Part shown: positions 1 to 12,504 of the stretch, piece after piece | How the letters are laid out: the number at the start of each line of letters is the position of its first letter | How positions within the stretch are numbered: position 1 is the stretch's first letter | Assembly: GCF_004010195.1 (NCBI RefSeq) | Contig: NC_057718.1 | Span: 84,129,730-84,193,729, forward strand | Source: Chiloscyllium plagiosum | Taxonomy: Eukaryota | Direction of reading: 5' to 3' | Length of the DNA: 64,000 nucleotides | Notes under the pieces: generated by a model | What the model was told of the DNA's origin: nothing | The model's database searches: none | The model's input: only the letters and a program-made list of their open reading frames with translations | Program-made: the position numbers and the translations under genes

Positions 1-517
1 TACAGGACTTTGGTTATGCCACATTTGGAGTACTGTGTGCAGTTCTGGTCGCTTCACTTTAGGAAAGATGTGGAAGCTTTGGAGAGGGTGCAGAGAAGAT
101 TTACCAGGATGTTGCCTGGAATTGAGAATAGGTCGTACGAGGATAGGTTGAGAGTTCTCGGCCTTTTCTCGTTGGAACGGCGAAGGATGAGGGGTGACTT
201 GATAGAGGTTTATAAGATGATCAGAGGAATAGATAGAGTAGACAGTCAGAAACTTTTTCCCCGGGTGCAACAGAGTGTTACAAGGGGACATAAATTTAAG
301 GTGAAGGGTGGAAGGTATAGGGGAGATGTCAGGGGTGGGTTCTTTACCCAGAGAGTGGTGGGGGCATGGAATGCGCTGCCCGTGGGAGTGGTAGAGTCGG
401 AATCATTGGCGACCTTTAAGCGGCATTTGGATAGGTACGGTGCTTAAGCTAGGACAAATGTTCGGCACAACATCGTGGGCTGAAGGGCCTGTTCTGTGCT
501 GTATTGTTCTATGTTCT
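1..517 (+). mobile_element. CR1-clade LINE (HER1-like) 3' end, relatively young
   Basis: Open frame PHLEYCVQFWS...LERVQRRFTRMLPG...RRMRGDLIEVYK...TRGH...FFTQRVVGAWNALP, then a short 3' UTR and TGTTCTA-type tail. Confidence 0.9.
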
Positions 518-1903
518 TCTTTTTAAGAATTGTACAATATTTGCAGTCTTCTGGCCCCACATCCATATCTGAGGAGAAATGAAAGGGAGTGCAGGGTTTT
601 TGGTAAACGTTGTTCAATTTCATTTTGCTTACCTTCCTAGAGGGCATTCATGGTCACTAAAATTTGCTGGTGTGAGAAGTGACACACAAGCAACGCTGAA
701 TACAAATGAATGATTGGGATCCCTCTCATCTGCCTCTGTTTTAAGACTTCTAAATTTCAGATGCTAACTTTAGTTCATACTTTAGTTTACTTTGTGTCAT
801 TAGATATACTGTATTGCTGTGTATCTTGTAGACGACTTGCATTTTGCAAGACTGAATGATACAAGTAATGTTTGTGCTTTCAGTACATAAGGATATTGTA
901 ATAGATTATTTTCCTGATATCTGACATGGTTGTTTCTTTGACAACAGAGAACCGTTCTCTTCATAATAGGTCACCCTATTGTTCACTATTTTATGTCCCA
1001 GAGTTATCCAAGTTAAAATTCAGCTCAACTCAAACATGCAAAGTAACTACCTTAAGAGATCTCAATCCAAACCTATACTTTCATCTAATTCTTACTGATA
1101 ACTTATCCTGTTTTGCTCATTCCCTTCCTGCTAAAGGTGTCATACTAGATTGATCAGTCCACAATGTTTTGGGATGGAGGCCAACTCCGAGACATTGCCT
1201 TCCATATAGTCCCAAAATGCTATACACTATGCTCATTTTTAGAATGCATTCTGTTTATTTTTTAAATATGTAATAAGTAATGCATGTGCTGATATGAATA
1301 AGTCTTTATTCAAAATCTACTTACTTACATAGCGATTAAAATTGAGTTCTACATGTATGAGGTAGAACTGGTGCCTTATCCATTGAAAACGATAGGAATG
1401 GGAGTCCATCATCAACAATTATCCCACACATTTCTTGCCATTTACTATTTATTAGTAGGTGCATGTGTCAGAAATATGTTTTCATCAATAGTAAAGGTTT
1501 TCAACTAAAGTTTTGTAGAAGCTGCAATTAGTTCTGCTTTTACTCCAAATAAGCTAGAAAGTGCCATGTATATTCAGCAAGTTATGCAGCATTTCTAGGA
1601 GAAAAAGTCCAAGTTCATGAGCCAAATTTCTTTACTGGAGTTGGGATCTGAATGTCTGGAATACATCTGGGTTCCAACCCCACACTGTATGAAAAATAGA
1701 CCTTGATGCAGTATTTTCTAATATATTCAGAAGTGTTATCTCACACAACTGTGCAGCTTTTTCTCCACGACCAAATTACCCGTGGTACTTTTCGACTATT
1801 ATCCACCACCAAATCACCAGTGTTTCTAATTAATCAAATCACATGCAATGTCCAGCTAGGGCAGTGCATGTGATGCAAATTTTAAAGAAAAGACCAATTG
1901 ATA

Positions 1904-2113
1904 TTCCAAAGATGTGCAGGTTAGGTGGATTGACCACGCTGCAGTTGTCCGTAGTGACCAGGGATGTGCAGATTAGGTGGATTAACCATGGTAAATGTGG
2001 GGTTATGAGATATGGTGGGCTGGGTCTAGATATGATCCTCTTCAGAGAATAGATGCAAACTTGAGGGGCTGGACGATCTCCTTCCATACTGAAGGGGTTC
2101 TATGACTCTATGA
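1904..2113 (+). mobile_element. HE1-like SINE, 5'-truncated
   Basis: ccaaagatgtgcaggttaggtggattg core and ...ctatgactctatga tail, as in the other copies. Confidence 0.75.
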
Positions 2114-2404
2114 TAGCCGGGGGTAAGTTGACAATCCAGTTAAGGATGGTATGGGCACCTGATGCTGGAGAGTAGGGAAAGGAAAGAGACCATTGAAAAT
2201 CGAGACATATTCTCAGCACTTGTGGATATCTTAGAATTCAAGATATCCACAATTGGCAGACATTGTGGAAAAAGACTGCTGTTTCTCTCTTTAAGGAGAT
2301 AAAGTTTTCCATTTATATCATGCTTTTCAGGATCATTGGACAGATCATAGTACTTTATAGCCAAGAAAGTATTTTGGATGTATAATCACTGTTGTAAAAG
2401 GACT

Positions 2405-2900
2405 ACAGAGAGATTACAGCATGCACAGAGGCCATTCAGCCTATCACGTCTTTACCAGCTGAATAAACCAGCAGCCCATTCTAATCCTATTTTTCATCAC
2501 TTTGTCCACAGCCTTGCAGGTTACATTATTTCAGATGCATATTCAAATTCCCTTTAAATGGTTGATGATTTCTGCATCAACCACACAAACTGGGAAATGG
2601 ATTCCAGACCCTCTGGGTGAAAAAGGTTTTGCTTGCGTTTCCTCTATTCCTTCCATCATTTACCTGAAATGTCTGCTTTCTGGGAATTGATATCTCTGCT
2701 AGGGGAAACAGGTCATCTTTGTTTACTTTATCCAGGCCCCTCATTATTCTGTACACCTCCACTAACTTCCCTTTCTCTGCACTAATGAAAACAACCTTAG
2801 CCCATCTAATCTTTCCTCATAGGTGTAAATGTCTGTCACTGGCAATATTCTTATAAATGTACTTTCTCAAGCAATTATGGCCTTCCTGCAGTGTGTTTGC
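2405..2900 (-). mobile_element. CR1 LINE 3' fragment
   Basis: Minus-strand EVYRIMRGLDKVNKDDLFP...FFTQRVW. Confidence 0.8.
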
Positions 2901-2920
2901 CAGAACTTAGAAGGTAGACA

Positions 2921-3467
2921 GGCAGGAGGCTGGAAGAACACAGCAAGCCAGGCATCATCAGGAGGTAGGGAAGTCGATGTTACAGGTGTAATAATTCTTC
3001 AGGATTGGGGGTTGCTGTAAGGGGAGCTGCAGATAAAGGGGGTGGGGGCAGGGTGGTGAGGTGGGGATAGGTGAAGACAGTTGGTCAAATGGGAGGAATG
3101 AATCAGGTAGTTGGCTGGGAGATAGGAAGGGAGGGGGATGTGGCAGGAAAGGGAGTCAGGAGAAGGGAAGCGAGATTCATTGAAAATGAAGAACTCAATA
3201 TTGAGTTCTCCGGGCTGGAGGCTGTTCAGGTGGAAGATAAGGTGTTCCTCCAATTTGCAGTTTGATTCGTTGTGGCAATGGAGGAGGCCAAGGATGGTCA
3301 TGTCAGAAAGGGAGTGGGAAGGGGAATTAAAATGGGCGGTGACTGGGAGGTCCAGTCACCCCCTGTGGGCCCAGCTGAGATGCTCAGCGAACTGTTCTGT
3401 AAGTTTGCATTTGGTCTCCCTGAGCCCCCTGGATTTCAGCATCTGCAGTTTTGTTTGTCGCTAACCA
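2921..3467 (-). mobile_element. Penelope-like element 3' fragment (GIY-YIG C-terminus plus UTR)
   Basis: Minus-strand ILGLLHCHNESNCKLEEHLIFHLNSLQPGELNIEF. Flanked by the 19-bp direct repeat agaacttagaaggtagaca (2902-2920, 3468-3486). Confidence 0.8.
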
Positions 3468-3489
3468 AGAACTTAGAAGGTAGACAATG

Positions 3490-3882
3490 TGATGGCCAAT
3501 TGCACTCAACAACCTCCCTCCAAGAGCAATGTGATAATAACCACATCACATCATCTGTTGTAATTTTGTGAAGGATTACATAGTGAACAGGTCTCCTAAG
3601 AAAACTCCTCCTCCCACCCCCCCTCTTTTCTCCCCTCCCCCCCCCCCCCCCACCCCCGCCAAATATCTTGATTGAAGATAGACTGTGGAGATCCTTTGAA
3701 CCTGCTCAAGGAGGCAGATGAGGCCTTTGTTTAATGTCTCATCTGAAAGAAGGAACCTCCAACAGTGCAATGTTCCCTCCAGCAATAGACTGGATCATCA
3801 GCCTAATATTTGTACACTGGTGTGGCATTTGAACCCAGAGTCTTGTGACTTGGCGATGAGAGCACCATCAGTTGAGCCATAG
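3490..3882 (-). mobile_element. DeuSINE (SacSINE1/AmnSINE-like)
   Basis: Reverse complement contains the Deu-domain-like cattgcactgttggaggttccttctttcagatgagacattaaacaaaggcc and a tRNA-like head. Confidence 0.65.
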
Positions 3883-4182
3883 CAAACATGCTGCCTGACC
3901 TGCAGAGTATTTCCTGTTTTATTTCCAGCATTTACAGTTTTTTTTTGTGTGGTTTTATATTTGGATTATTTAGTAACAAAGTTTAATAGCTATTTAATAA
4001 CTAGTTTTAGCTCAAATGCATCAGGTGTTTACCATGACAATGTAACTTGTACTGTTCTTATTGCACTGAAAAAGTATGACTATTGCAAGAGTTTTGGATA
4101 ATATATTGTGTTAGAGAGACATTTTATATTGCATATACTCAATAAACTCAACAAATAAAGTAATGTGCTTATTTTACTTTAG

Positions 4183-4967
4183 GTTTGGTTTTCATGCAGA
4201 ACATTGCAAAGCAGCTCTCAAGATGTATGATGGAGATGTAGGAACATCTTTGGAACAACTGTTGCAACTGTGCCTTAGGGAAAAGTTCAAAGATAGAATC
4301 AAGGCCTCTCCCAGATCTGGTAATATTAGCTTGGAGGATTGTGTGGAGCGGAGGCAAGAAGAAGCACTGGTTCTTAGCTCCATATATGAGAGCAAATTCT
4401 CTGAACGTATTCAAAACCGGGTCTGGACTATTGAATTGGCACTTGCATTCTTGACGCAGAGACTTAATAAATCTACAAGATGTGAGACTGCAGACGTGGC
4501 TGTGAAAGACGTTTGTCAGTATTATCTCAAAGGCGGTTGCTGTTTTGGGTCAAGATGTAAGTTCAGACATGAGCTCCCTTCAAAGAGAGAAAGGAAAGAG
4601 GATAGCCATTTGCGTTGTGACAGCAATGCACTCCTGTACATGCTTGAGATCCGATTTCCGCCTGATAATAAATATCCGTATGAGGCCCCACTTTTAGCCT
4701 TCTCTTCGACTAATGACTGCCTGCCTCAAGCTTGCCGTTTGCACATAACTGAACATCTCTATGGAGAGGCCTTGCTAGCTGCAAAAACTCAAGAACCAGT
4801 GGTTCACACTTTGATCATGTGTTTGGAAAATGAAGTGAAAATGAATGAACTGCTTCTTGAAACTGCCCATAAGTACAGTGTGCCTCCTGTTCCACACACT
4901 CTCTTGACTGAACAAACTAATGGTGAACAAACACCTCGTAAATATCCTCTTGATCAGCAACTGGCAG
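4183..4967 (+). CDS. DHX57: DHX57 coding exon (UBA-like, CCCH zinc finger, RWD-like region)
   Basis: tttag|G acceptor, CAG|gtatt donor. Peptide RFGFHAEHCKAALKMYDGDVG...CQYYLKGGCCFGSRCKFRHE...LEIRFPPDNKYPYEAP matches vertebrate DHX57 as I recall it. Phase 2 in, phase 1 out. Confidence 0.95.
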
Positions 4968-5894
4968 GTATTATTGTGACCTATGATCCTCGAGATATTT
5001 TGTGGTATCCATTTCCACTCTGAAAAGTTTAATTGCAGACTAAGGAAAGTATACGTTATGACTTGTTGGTTTAGGACTAACTTCTTCAGTATTGATCAAG
5101 TTAATCTATTGAATAGCATGGTACTTCTTGCAGTGCAAGTTGGAACATGAATTTTGCCTCGTTTAAAATACAGGCTGCTGAGGGAACAGTACAGCATGCA
5201 AATCCTGCACGGGATTCAGTGTTAGAGGTTGGGAAGATGCTGAGTGGATTGTTTATATTTTGTTTTAGATAACAAAAAGTAACTTTGTGTAACAATTTGA
5301 ACACAATTTACTTTTCGTTTGTGACTCTTCGAGATGTTTCTTGTGGATGAATTTTTTTTTACTTTATCATTCTCACTAAATTATTTTGGTGATGCAGTTG
5401 CATAGTTATAGTATTTTCTGCATTTGTGTTGACAGCAGGTGTATTTGGAATTGTACAGAAGCAGAGTTCATCAATATCTTCATTATTTATTGACCTGCCA
5501 ATAAATTTAAAGTCACAATACACAATAAAGCATTAATTTCATAGATAGCATTATTTAATTTGACACAAGGCCACAGGCATAAGTTAACAAGAACAGTTTT
5601 TTTCGCAATAACTAATGCACACTTCTAAACTCAAAGCCCTAAACACACATTCCATAGATTAGTGACATTGCAGCTAGTCATTTCTGTCACAAGTGCACAA
5701 AGCCAGAATATTTTAACCAGGCAGTTACTATTCATTTTATTTCTCAATCTCAAATTTAAATTTACAATTGATATAATGTTCGCTATAATAATATCTTTCC
5801 CTGGGGCAATTAAGGATGGACAATAAATGCTGGCATAAGTATCCTATGAATAAATTTTAAACAAAACTCCACTGTACTTTTTCCCCCATACCAA

Positions 5895-6088
5895 AGTCCT
5901 ATCTGGCTACAAGGCTGCTGCTCTCATTAGATACTGGTTTAACCAGAGTGTCACCAAGCCTTAGTCAAGGGGATACGTTGTGAAGTAGAGTTCTTCATAG
6001 TAACCTCACATGGTCTGGCATTTGTATACATTACTGCAACAATCTGCATCGCAAACTGGCTATCTCGCCAACTCAGTTAAATGACCCC
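5895..6088 (-). mobile_element. tRNA-derived SINE, degraded
   Basis: Reverse complement starts ggggtcatttaactgagttggcgagatagccagtttgcgatgcag (tRNA-like) and continues ...ggttaaaccag...aatgagagcagcagcc. Confidence 0.5.
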
Positions 6089-6574
6089 CTTTTCCCCCCC
6101 ATATAGTTGCTGGTGAGGAAAAGCAGCCTTAAAATAGAAATTCCTTGCTTGTTTTAAAGTGTTTCATTACCTCAGGGTTTTTCTGGATCCTAGTTAGTGC
6201 TGTACTTCTTCCTTTCTCTCCCACCTCCCAGCCACAACACTTGCATCCAGATGACTAGTTTGCTCACTTACTTTGCTACTCACTCAGTTGATTGTTCACT
6301 GCAACTCCAACCACTGTTTCTCTCCTGTGTCTTGCTGCTAATAGGTTCAGCATATGAGAAAATCTGTGATTCGCGGATCAACTCCTCAATTCTGTCCGTC
6401 CTACTGATGGATGACTCTCCTCTAATTAATTGAACCCATGATTGAATTTTCCCTAGTGATTTCGGGGGGTGACTTTGCCCACTGACCCATTTAGTTTGGG
6501 TACTGATGCCATTCATCACCTTGGCATGTTATGACGTATTTTGGAACGAATTAAGCATTTTTGAAGTATTGTTC

Positions 6575-6910
6575 CCATGAGCAATGTGCAAAACCTAGCA
6601 GCTAACCTGCAAACATCAAGCTTCCAGAAATACTAATTAGATTATTGACTAAAACATTTGCTCTTGTGATGGTGGTTGAGGACTAAGTATTGGTAATGAC
6701 ACCTGCAAGAAACATCTTTGGCTGCCTTTGATTCTTTTACATCCACAGGTAAAGTTACAAGAGCAGTTTATTGTCTCATCTGAAAGACAGCACTTCCAAC
6801 AGTGCAGTACTCCGTTATTGCTGAAATGGGAGTATCAGCTCAAGTTTCTGATCTAAACCTTGAATCCAAAGCCCATTTGACTTGGAGCCAGGAGTGCTAT
6901 CTCTGAACTA
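6575..6910 (-). mobile_element. DeuSINE, second copy
   Basis: Shares tgtctcatctgaaaga...ccaacagtgca with the 3490-3882 copy. Confidence 0.65.
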
Positions 6911-6994
6911 GAGGTAGTGCTTGGCTTTGGTATGGTTTTCATAGTTCAGGTTTTGCCTTTTATAACTGACATAGTTCATGTTTTGTAATTGCAG

Positions 6995-7179
6995 TTAAAG
7001 CTGATATTGGAGCAGAATTGGATGATGATGACTTACAGGAAGAAGAGCCTGAGGCTGTGATTATGGAAACGGAGAGTTATGTGTATCTTAAGAAGAAACA
7101 GTTGAAGAAGTATAACTGGAAACTAGAGAATGTATATAAGGAAAACCAAAAACTCTGTAAACAATTTCAAGCAAAACAG
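6995..7179 (+). CDS. DHX57: DHX57 coding exon (acidic linker)
   Basis: ttgcag|TT...AAACAG|gtaac. Peptide DDDDLQEEEPEAVIMETESYVYLKKK...LCKQFQAKQ. Phase 1 in, 0 out. Confidence 0.93.
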
Positions 7180-7734
7180 GTAACTTCATCCATGTTCCAG
7201 TTTTATTTGAGAGAGACAAGAGTGTAATGTTATGTCATGGTTAATAGTGGTGTATTTTAATCTTTTTCTCATAAGTATTAGGCACGAAATATTGTGAATT
7301 TTAATTGGCTAAAGGAACTGCTTCTTTAATAAAAGTACGGACAATCAGTAAAATGGAATTTCCTTTTGCGTGACCTTTTAAAATATTTAATAGCAATGAC
7401 TGCTTCTACAATTCAAAGTTAGCATTCTCATATCATGGTATGAGAAAATTCAGCTGAAGACACAAAGAAATTGGTTCATGTTATATTCAAGCACCAACTT
7501 GTATTTATATAACTCCTTTCACATAAAATATTTTCACATCCCAGGACAATTTTGATTCCAAATTTGACCCTGACACCATTTGAATAGGTGATCAAACACT
7601 TGGTCAAAGAGTTTTAAGTAGCATTTTAAAGTTGGGAACATAGGCAGAGCACATTGAGGTGATATGTCTGGCAGCTGTTGACTGAACGAACAATGCAAAT
7701 TGTGGCTGCAAGAGGATTTTATAGAACAGTATGT

Positions 7735-9110
7735 AAATAGTCCAAGTTGGGAAGGGGCCATACTGGACCTGGGGTTGGGGAATGAGCCCGGTTGATGTTT
7801 CAGTAGGGGATTACTTTGGGAATACTGATCACAATTCTGAGTTTTAGAATACTCATGGGCAAAGATGAGAGTGGTCTGAAAGGAAGAGTGCTAAATTGGG
7901 GGAAGGCCAATGAGACCAAAATTCGGCAGGAGCTGGAGAATGTAGATGTCATATACATAGACTTTAGTAAGGCATTTGATTAGGTTCCCCATGTTGGGCT
8001 GATGGAGAAGGTGAAGTCGCATGGGGTCCAGGGTGTTCTAGCTAGATGGATAGAGAACTGGCTGGGCAACAGGAGACAGTAGTAGTGGAAGGGAATTTCT
8101 TAAAATGGAGACCTGTGACCAGTGGTGTCCCACAGGGATCTGAGCTGGGACCACTGTTGTTTGTGATCTACACAAATGATTTGGAGGGAGGTATAGGTGG
8201 TCTGATTAGCAAGTTTGCAGATGACACCAAGATTGGTGGAGTAGCAGATAGTGAAGGGGACTGTCAGAGAATACAACAAAATAAAGATAGATTAGAGAGT
8301 TGGGCAGAGAAAAGGCAGATGGAGTTCAATCCGGACAAATGCAAGATGATTCATTTGGAAGATTCAATTCAAGAGCAAACTATACACTAAATGGAAAAGT
8401 CCTGGGGAAAATTGTTGTGGGTGTTCAGGTCCATAGTTCCCTGAAGGTGGCAATGCAGGTCAACAGAGTGGTCAAGAAAGCATACTGCATGTTTTCCTTC
8501 TTCAGACGGGATGTTGAGTGCAAGACTTGGCAGATCATGGTACAGTTGTATAAGACTTTGATTCGGCCACATTTGGAATAATGTGTATAGTTCAGGTTGC
8601 CACATTAACAAAAGGATGTGGATGCTTTGGAGAGGGTGCAGAGGAGGTTCACCAGGATGTTGCCTGGTAGGGAGTGTGCTAGCTATAAAGAGAGGTTGAG
8701 TAGATTAGCATTATTTGTATTAGAAAGATGGAGGTTGAGGGGGACCTGATTGAGGTCTACAAAGCCACAAGAGGTGCAGACAAGGTGGATAGCAAGAAGC
8801 TTTTTCCCCAGAGTCGGGGACTCAATTATTTACGATCACAAGCTCAAAGTGAGAGGGAAAATGTTTAGGGGAGATATGTCTGTAAAGTTCTTTACACAGG
8901 GTGATGGGTGCCTGGATCGCTTTACCAGCAGAGGTGGTAAAAGCGGGCACGATAGTGAAGTTTAAAATGTATCCAGACAGATACATGAATGGGCAGGGAG
9001 GAAAGGGATACAGATCTTTAGAAAATAGGTGACAGATTTACATTGAGGATCTGGATTGGTGCAGGCTTGGAGGGCTGAAAGGCCTGTTCCTGTGCTGTAA
9101 TTTTCTTTGC
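7735..9110 (+). mobile_element. CR1 LINE ORF2 (RT) with 3' end, internally deleted and frameshifted
   Basis: DFSKAFD, SGVPQGSELGPLLF and KFADDTK motifs, plus the 3' tail. Confidence 0.9.
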
Positions 9111-9184
9111 TCTTTATAATTAAGAAAATTTGTGATTCTTGGCTGTGTAAGTAGTGCATTGGGTATCTTGGATGGAGTTATAGA

Positions 9185-9775
9185 ATGAGTATGCAAATAA
9201 GGTAGCCATACTAACTATTCACAAGCTTCTTAGTTAGGCCTCACCTGGAACCTTGTGTATAATTCTGGACACCCTCGTGAGGAAGGTTGGCCAAGGCCCT
9301 AGAAAGAGTACAGAGGATGTTTACCAGTATGTTACCAAGGTTGAGGGATCTCCATTTATGTAGAGAGCTAGCGGAAACTGGAATTGGTCTCCTTTTAGAG
9401 TAGAACATGTTATTGGATGTCTAATAGAAGCTTTCAGAAATGAGGAATTTTGATAGAGCTTGTGATAAGAAAGTACTTCCTCATGAGTGTGCCATACATC
9501 CTAGGTTCAAAATAATTGCCTAAAGATTTACTGGGGGATATAGTAGAATTTTATTTTTACACAAGGTTGTTAAGATCCTGACTGTGCTACCCTGAAAGGA
9601 TTGTGGAATCAGGTTTTCTAGGAATCATTTAAGAGGCAATTAGATATGAAGAAAACTAAGTTGCAGCATGATAGGGAAAAATGCTGCACAAGGGATTAGA
9701 TTAAATGGCTTTATTCTAAGACCCCACAGATACGATTATCTGGCTGATTTCCTGATGTTCTGTAAGATTCCATGA
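9185..9775 (+). mobile_element. Old CR1 3' fragment
   Basis: Degenerate gttaggcctcacctggaa...ttctgg...tagaaagagtacagagg (LVRPHLE...FW...LERVQR). Confidence 0.65.
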
Positions 9776-10324
9776 TCTACTGTTGTATAAGCCGAGCTGC
9801 AGTGTTAATGGGCAATGTTACAAATGTGAAAAAAGCAATTGTATGGGATTTGGAAGCTTAACTCAAGATCATATAGGGCACCAGCCTTGCTAAGGTTCAA
9901 CCAAGGATAGTAGCTAGGGAGAGGGGTGGGCTCATTTGTTAGTGAATCTGCAGACCTGATGGGCTGGAGGGTAAGGAAGCGAGTTGGGAGAGACCAGGAG
10001 GCCACAGGATGTTGTAGAAACAGGGAAGTTGCAAGGGAGTTGTGGAGAGACGAGGAGGCTGCACTGTGGAGAAGAAGCGGGTGACTGCCTAGGGTTCCAT
10101 TTGGGGGGGGTGGAACGGAGAAAATGGAGTTGCTGCAAGCTGATGACGAGAAACTGATGGGGAAGTTGCAGGAGTTGGCAGAGAGGGAGGCTGCAATGGG
10201 AGAGGGAGGCTGCGAAGAAGAGAGGACAGTTGACATCAAAGGAACATTTTGCTGACTAGGACTGGGAAAACTTGAAATCATGGAGCTAATTAATTACTTG
10301 CAAATGAATGTGGTATGTCATCAG

Positions 10325-10678
10325 AGAATCATAGAATCCCTACAGTGTGGAAACAGACCCTTTGGCCCAACCAGTCCACACACACTCTCCAAAAGAGTAA
10401 CCCACCAAAATCCGTTCCCCTACCCTATTACTCTACATTTACCCCTGACTAATGCACCTAACCTACACATCCCTAAACACTATGCGCAATTCTAGCATGG
10501 CCAATCCATATAACTTGCATATCTTTGGATTGTGGGAGGATACCAGAGCACCCAGAGGAAACCCTCACAGACACCGAGAATGTGCAAACTCCATACGGAC
10601 AGTCGCCGAGGCTGGAATCAAACTGGGGTCCCTGGTGCTGTGAGGCAGCAGTGCTAACCACTGAGCCATTGTGCTGCC
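10325..10678 (-). mobile_element. HE1-like tRNA-derived SINE, full length
   Basis: Reverse complement has the gggcagcacaatggctcagtggttagcactgctgcctcacagc head and a CR1-like 3' tail. Confidence 0.9.
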
Positions 10679-10859
10679 CTGCTGTGTTGAGCTTAAGACT
10701 GTATGTGTCCAGGTGCTACATGGAGAGAAATGTAGTGGATGCTATTGTAATATACACTGTCAATTGTTAAATTTGAATCTGAGTTTGAGAGATTTTAAGA
10801 TGCTATAAAAGAGTAGAAAATGCCCAGTGGAAGAATTTGCTGTGGAATGCTTTAGCTGT

Positions 10860-11150
10860 GACCTCACCCATCTGGAAGGTGTGTTTAGAGTGTTTTTTTG
10901 CCACTCCTGTATTATAAAACACTGGGTGTCGCACACAGCCCAGTTTTAGAGTGATGGCTTTGTGTATTTGCCAGTTATTGTCTTTTGGCAATTTAAATAC
11001 TGTGGTGGACAAGAAATTAATGCTTTCTTTGTGTGTTGTGGCTTTAAATTTAGTGGATTGTTGATAATTAATTAGGATATTAATGAATCCTTCCAATTCT
11101 ACTTCAGTGAACATCCAAACAGTTTATGCATCAACAAAAAGTACAAAAGG
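10860..11150 (-). mobile_element. Old Penelope-like RT fragment
   Basis: Minus-strand FINILINYQQSTKFKATTHKESINFLSTTVFK resembles the PLE RT C-terminal F-T-x-S-x-x-FLD motif. Confidence 0.4.
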
Positions 11151-11157
11151 TATTGTT

Positions 11158-11437
11158 CATAGAATCCCTACAGTTTGGAAACAGGCCATTTGGCCCAAAA
11201 GGTTCACACCAGCCCTCTGAAGAGCATCCCACCCAGACCCATCCCCTTGCCCTATCTCTGTAATCCTGCATTTCCCATGGCTAATCCACCTAGCCAGCAC
11301 ATCTTTGGACATCTTTGGAGGAAACTCTCTCAGACATGGGGAGAATGTGCAAACTCCACACAGAAAGTTGTCGGAGGGTGGAATCAAACCTGGGTCCCTG
11401 GTGCTGTGAAGCAGCTGTGCTATCCACTGAACCACTG
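11158..11437 (-). mobile_element. HE1-like SINE
   Basis: Same head, core and tail as 10325-10678. Confidence 0.88.
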
Positions 11438-12061
11438 GTGTGACTTTATCACCTAATAAAAAAGGAGTTAGTGAGATTGGAAAAAGTAGCCCCTGAAAAG
11501 CAAAAGGTAACGCTTGATAAAATCTTAGGAGCACTGGGCAAAGAAAATTATTTAAGTTGGGCTTTGCGTGACACCCAGTGTTTTATGATGTAGGAATGGA
11601 AAAAAGCCATTGCAGAGATTCTCTAGGTATGATTGGATATGTTAGATTAAATATCAGCATGTTTTAGAGCAATAGGACCATATTTAAAATTATGCAGAAT
11701 CGTACAGAATAGACAGATATTTTCAAGTAGTTTAGGGGTCAAGAAAAAGCAATATCATTGTAAGTAGATGTAAATAGAAAATTTGGAACATAGAGCTGGA
11801 GAATCATCTTGGGGAAATTGATAGGCTATGGGATTCACTTTGAGTTAATGATTGAAGCAGAAGAGATTTCAGTGTTCAAGATTCAGTTGGACAGAAAAAT
11901 TATTGAATGTATATAAGAATAAGGATGATAAGTGTGATCAGAATTATTTGCTCAATTGGAGAGTAAATACTGATATAAACCAGTTCAGTGAATTGGCTTG
12001 TTTCCTGTTGAGTTCTGTGTCATCTATAAGATCTATTCTCTGAAATGTATTACTCTTTCAG

Positions 12062-12183
12062 TCTTCCAGACAATATCAGGCAATGTTCCAGGAAAGGAAG
12101 AAACTTCCAGCGTTTCGTGAGAGAGAGACAATCTTGAATTTACTGAACAAGGCCCAAGTCCTGGTGGTGAGCGGTATGACAGG
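12062..12183 (+). CDS. DHX57: DHX57 coding exon (start of helicase domain, first half of motif I)
   Basis: tttcag|TCT...ACAGG|gtaag. SSRQYQAMFQERKKLPAFRERETILNLLNKAQVLVVSGMTG. Phase 0 in, 2 out. Confidence 0.95.
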
Positions 12184-12504
12184 GTAAGTTTAAGGGAAGG
12201 GCATATTGGGATGTTTGATTACTTTTATGTTTGCATAAATTAATCAGCAGCATCTGATGGTTCAAGTATGGACATCATAGGAGTAGTAATATTTGGTCAT
12301 TACCTATAGCAGATTACAACATGGTAGTAATTTGACCACAAAAAATGTGAAATAAATTGAGCATTGTTGCCCGTTCCATATTTCCCTTGAGAATATGATG
12401 GAAAAACTTGAATACACTTTGAATATGATGGAATATATTCAACTTGAGTGGATATGTTTTCAGCAACTCTCAAAAAGCTCTGTACCATCTAGGACAAAGC
12501 AGAC

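Noticed and set aside
1..4182. Additional upstream DHX57 exon
   Set aside because: No frame resembling the DHX57 N-terminus with a phase-2 donor was found. It probably lies upstream of the window.
4163..5023. 286-aa ORF as a stand-alone gene
   Set aside because: It is a DHX57 exon (4183-4967) with read-through into both introns. Splice sites and phases join it to the next exon.
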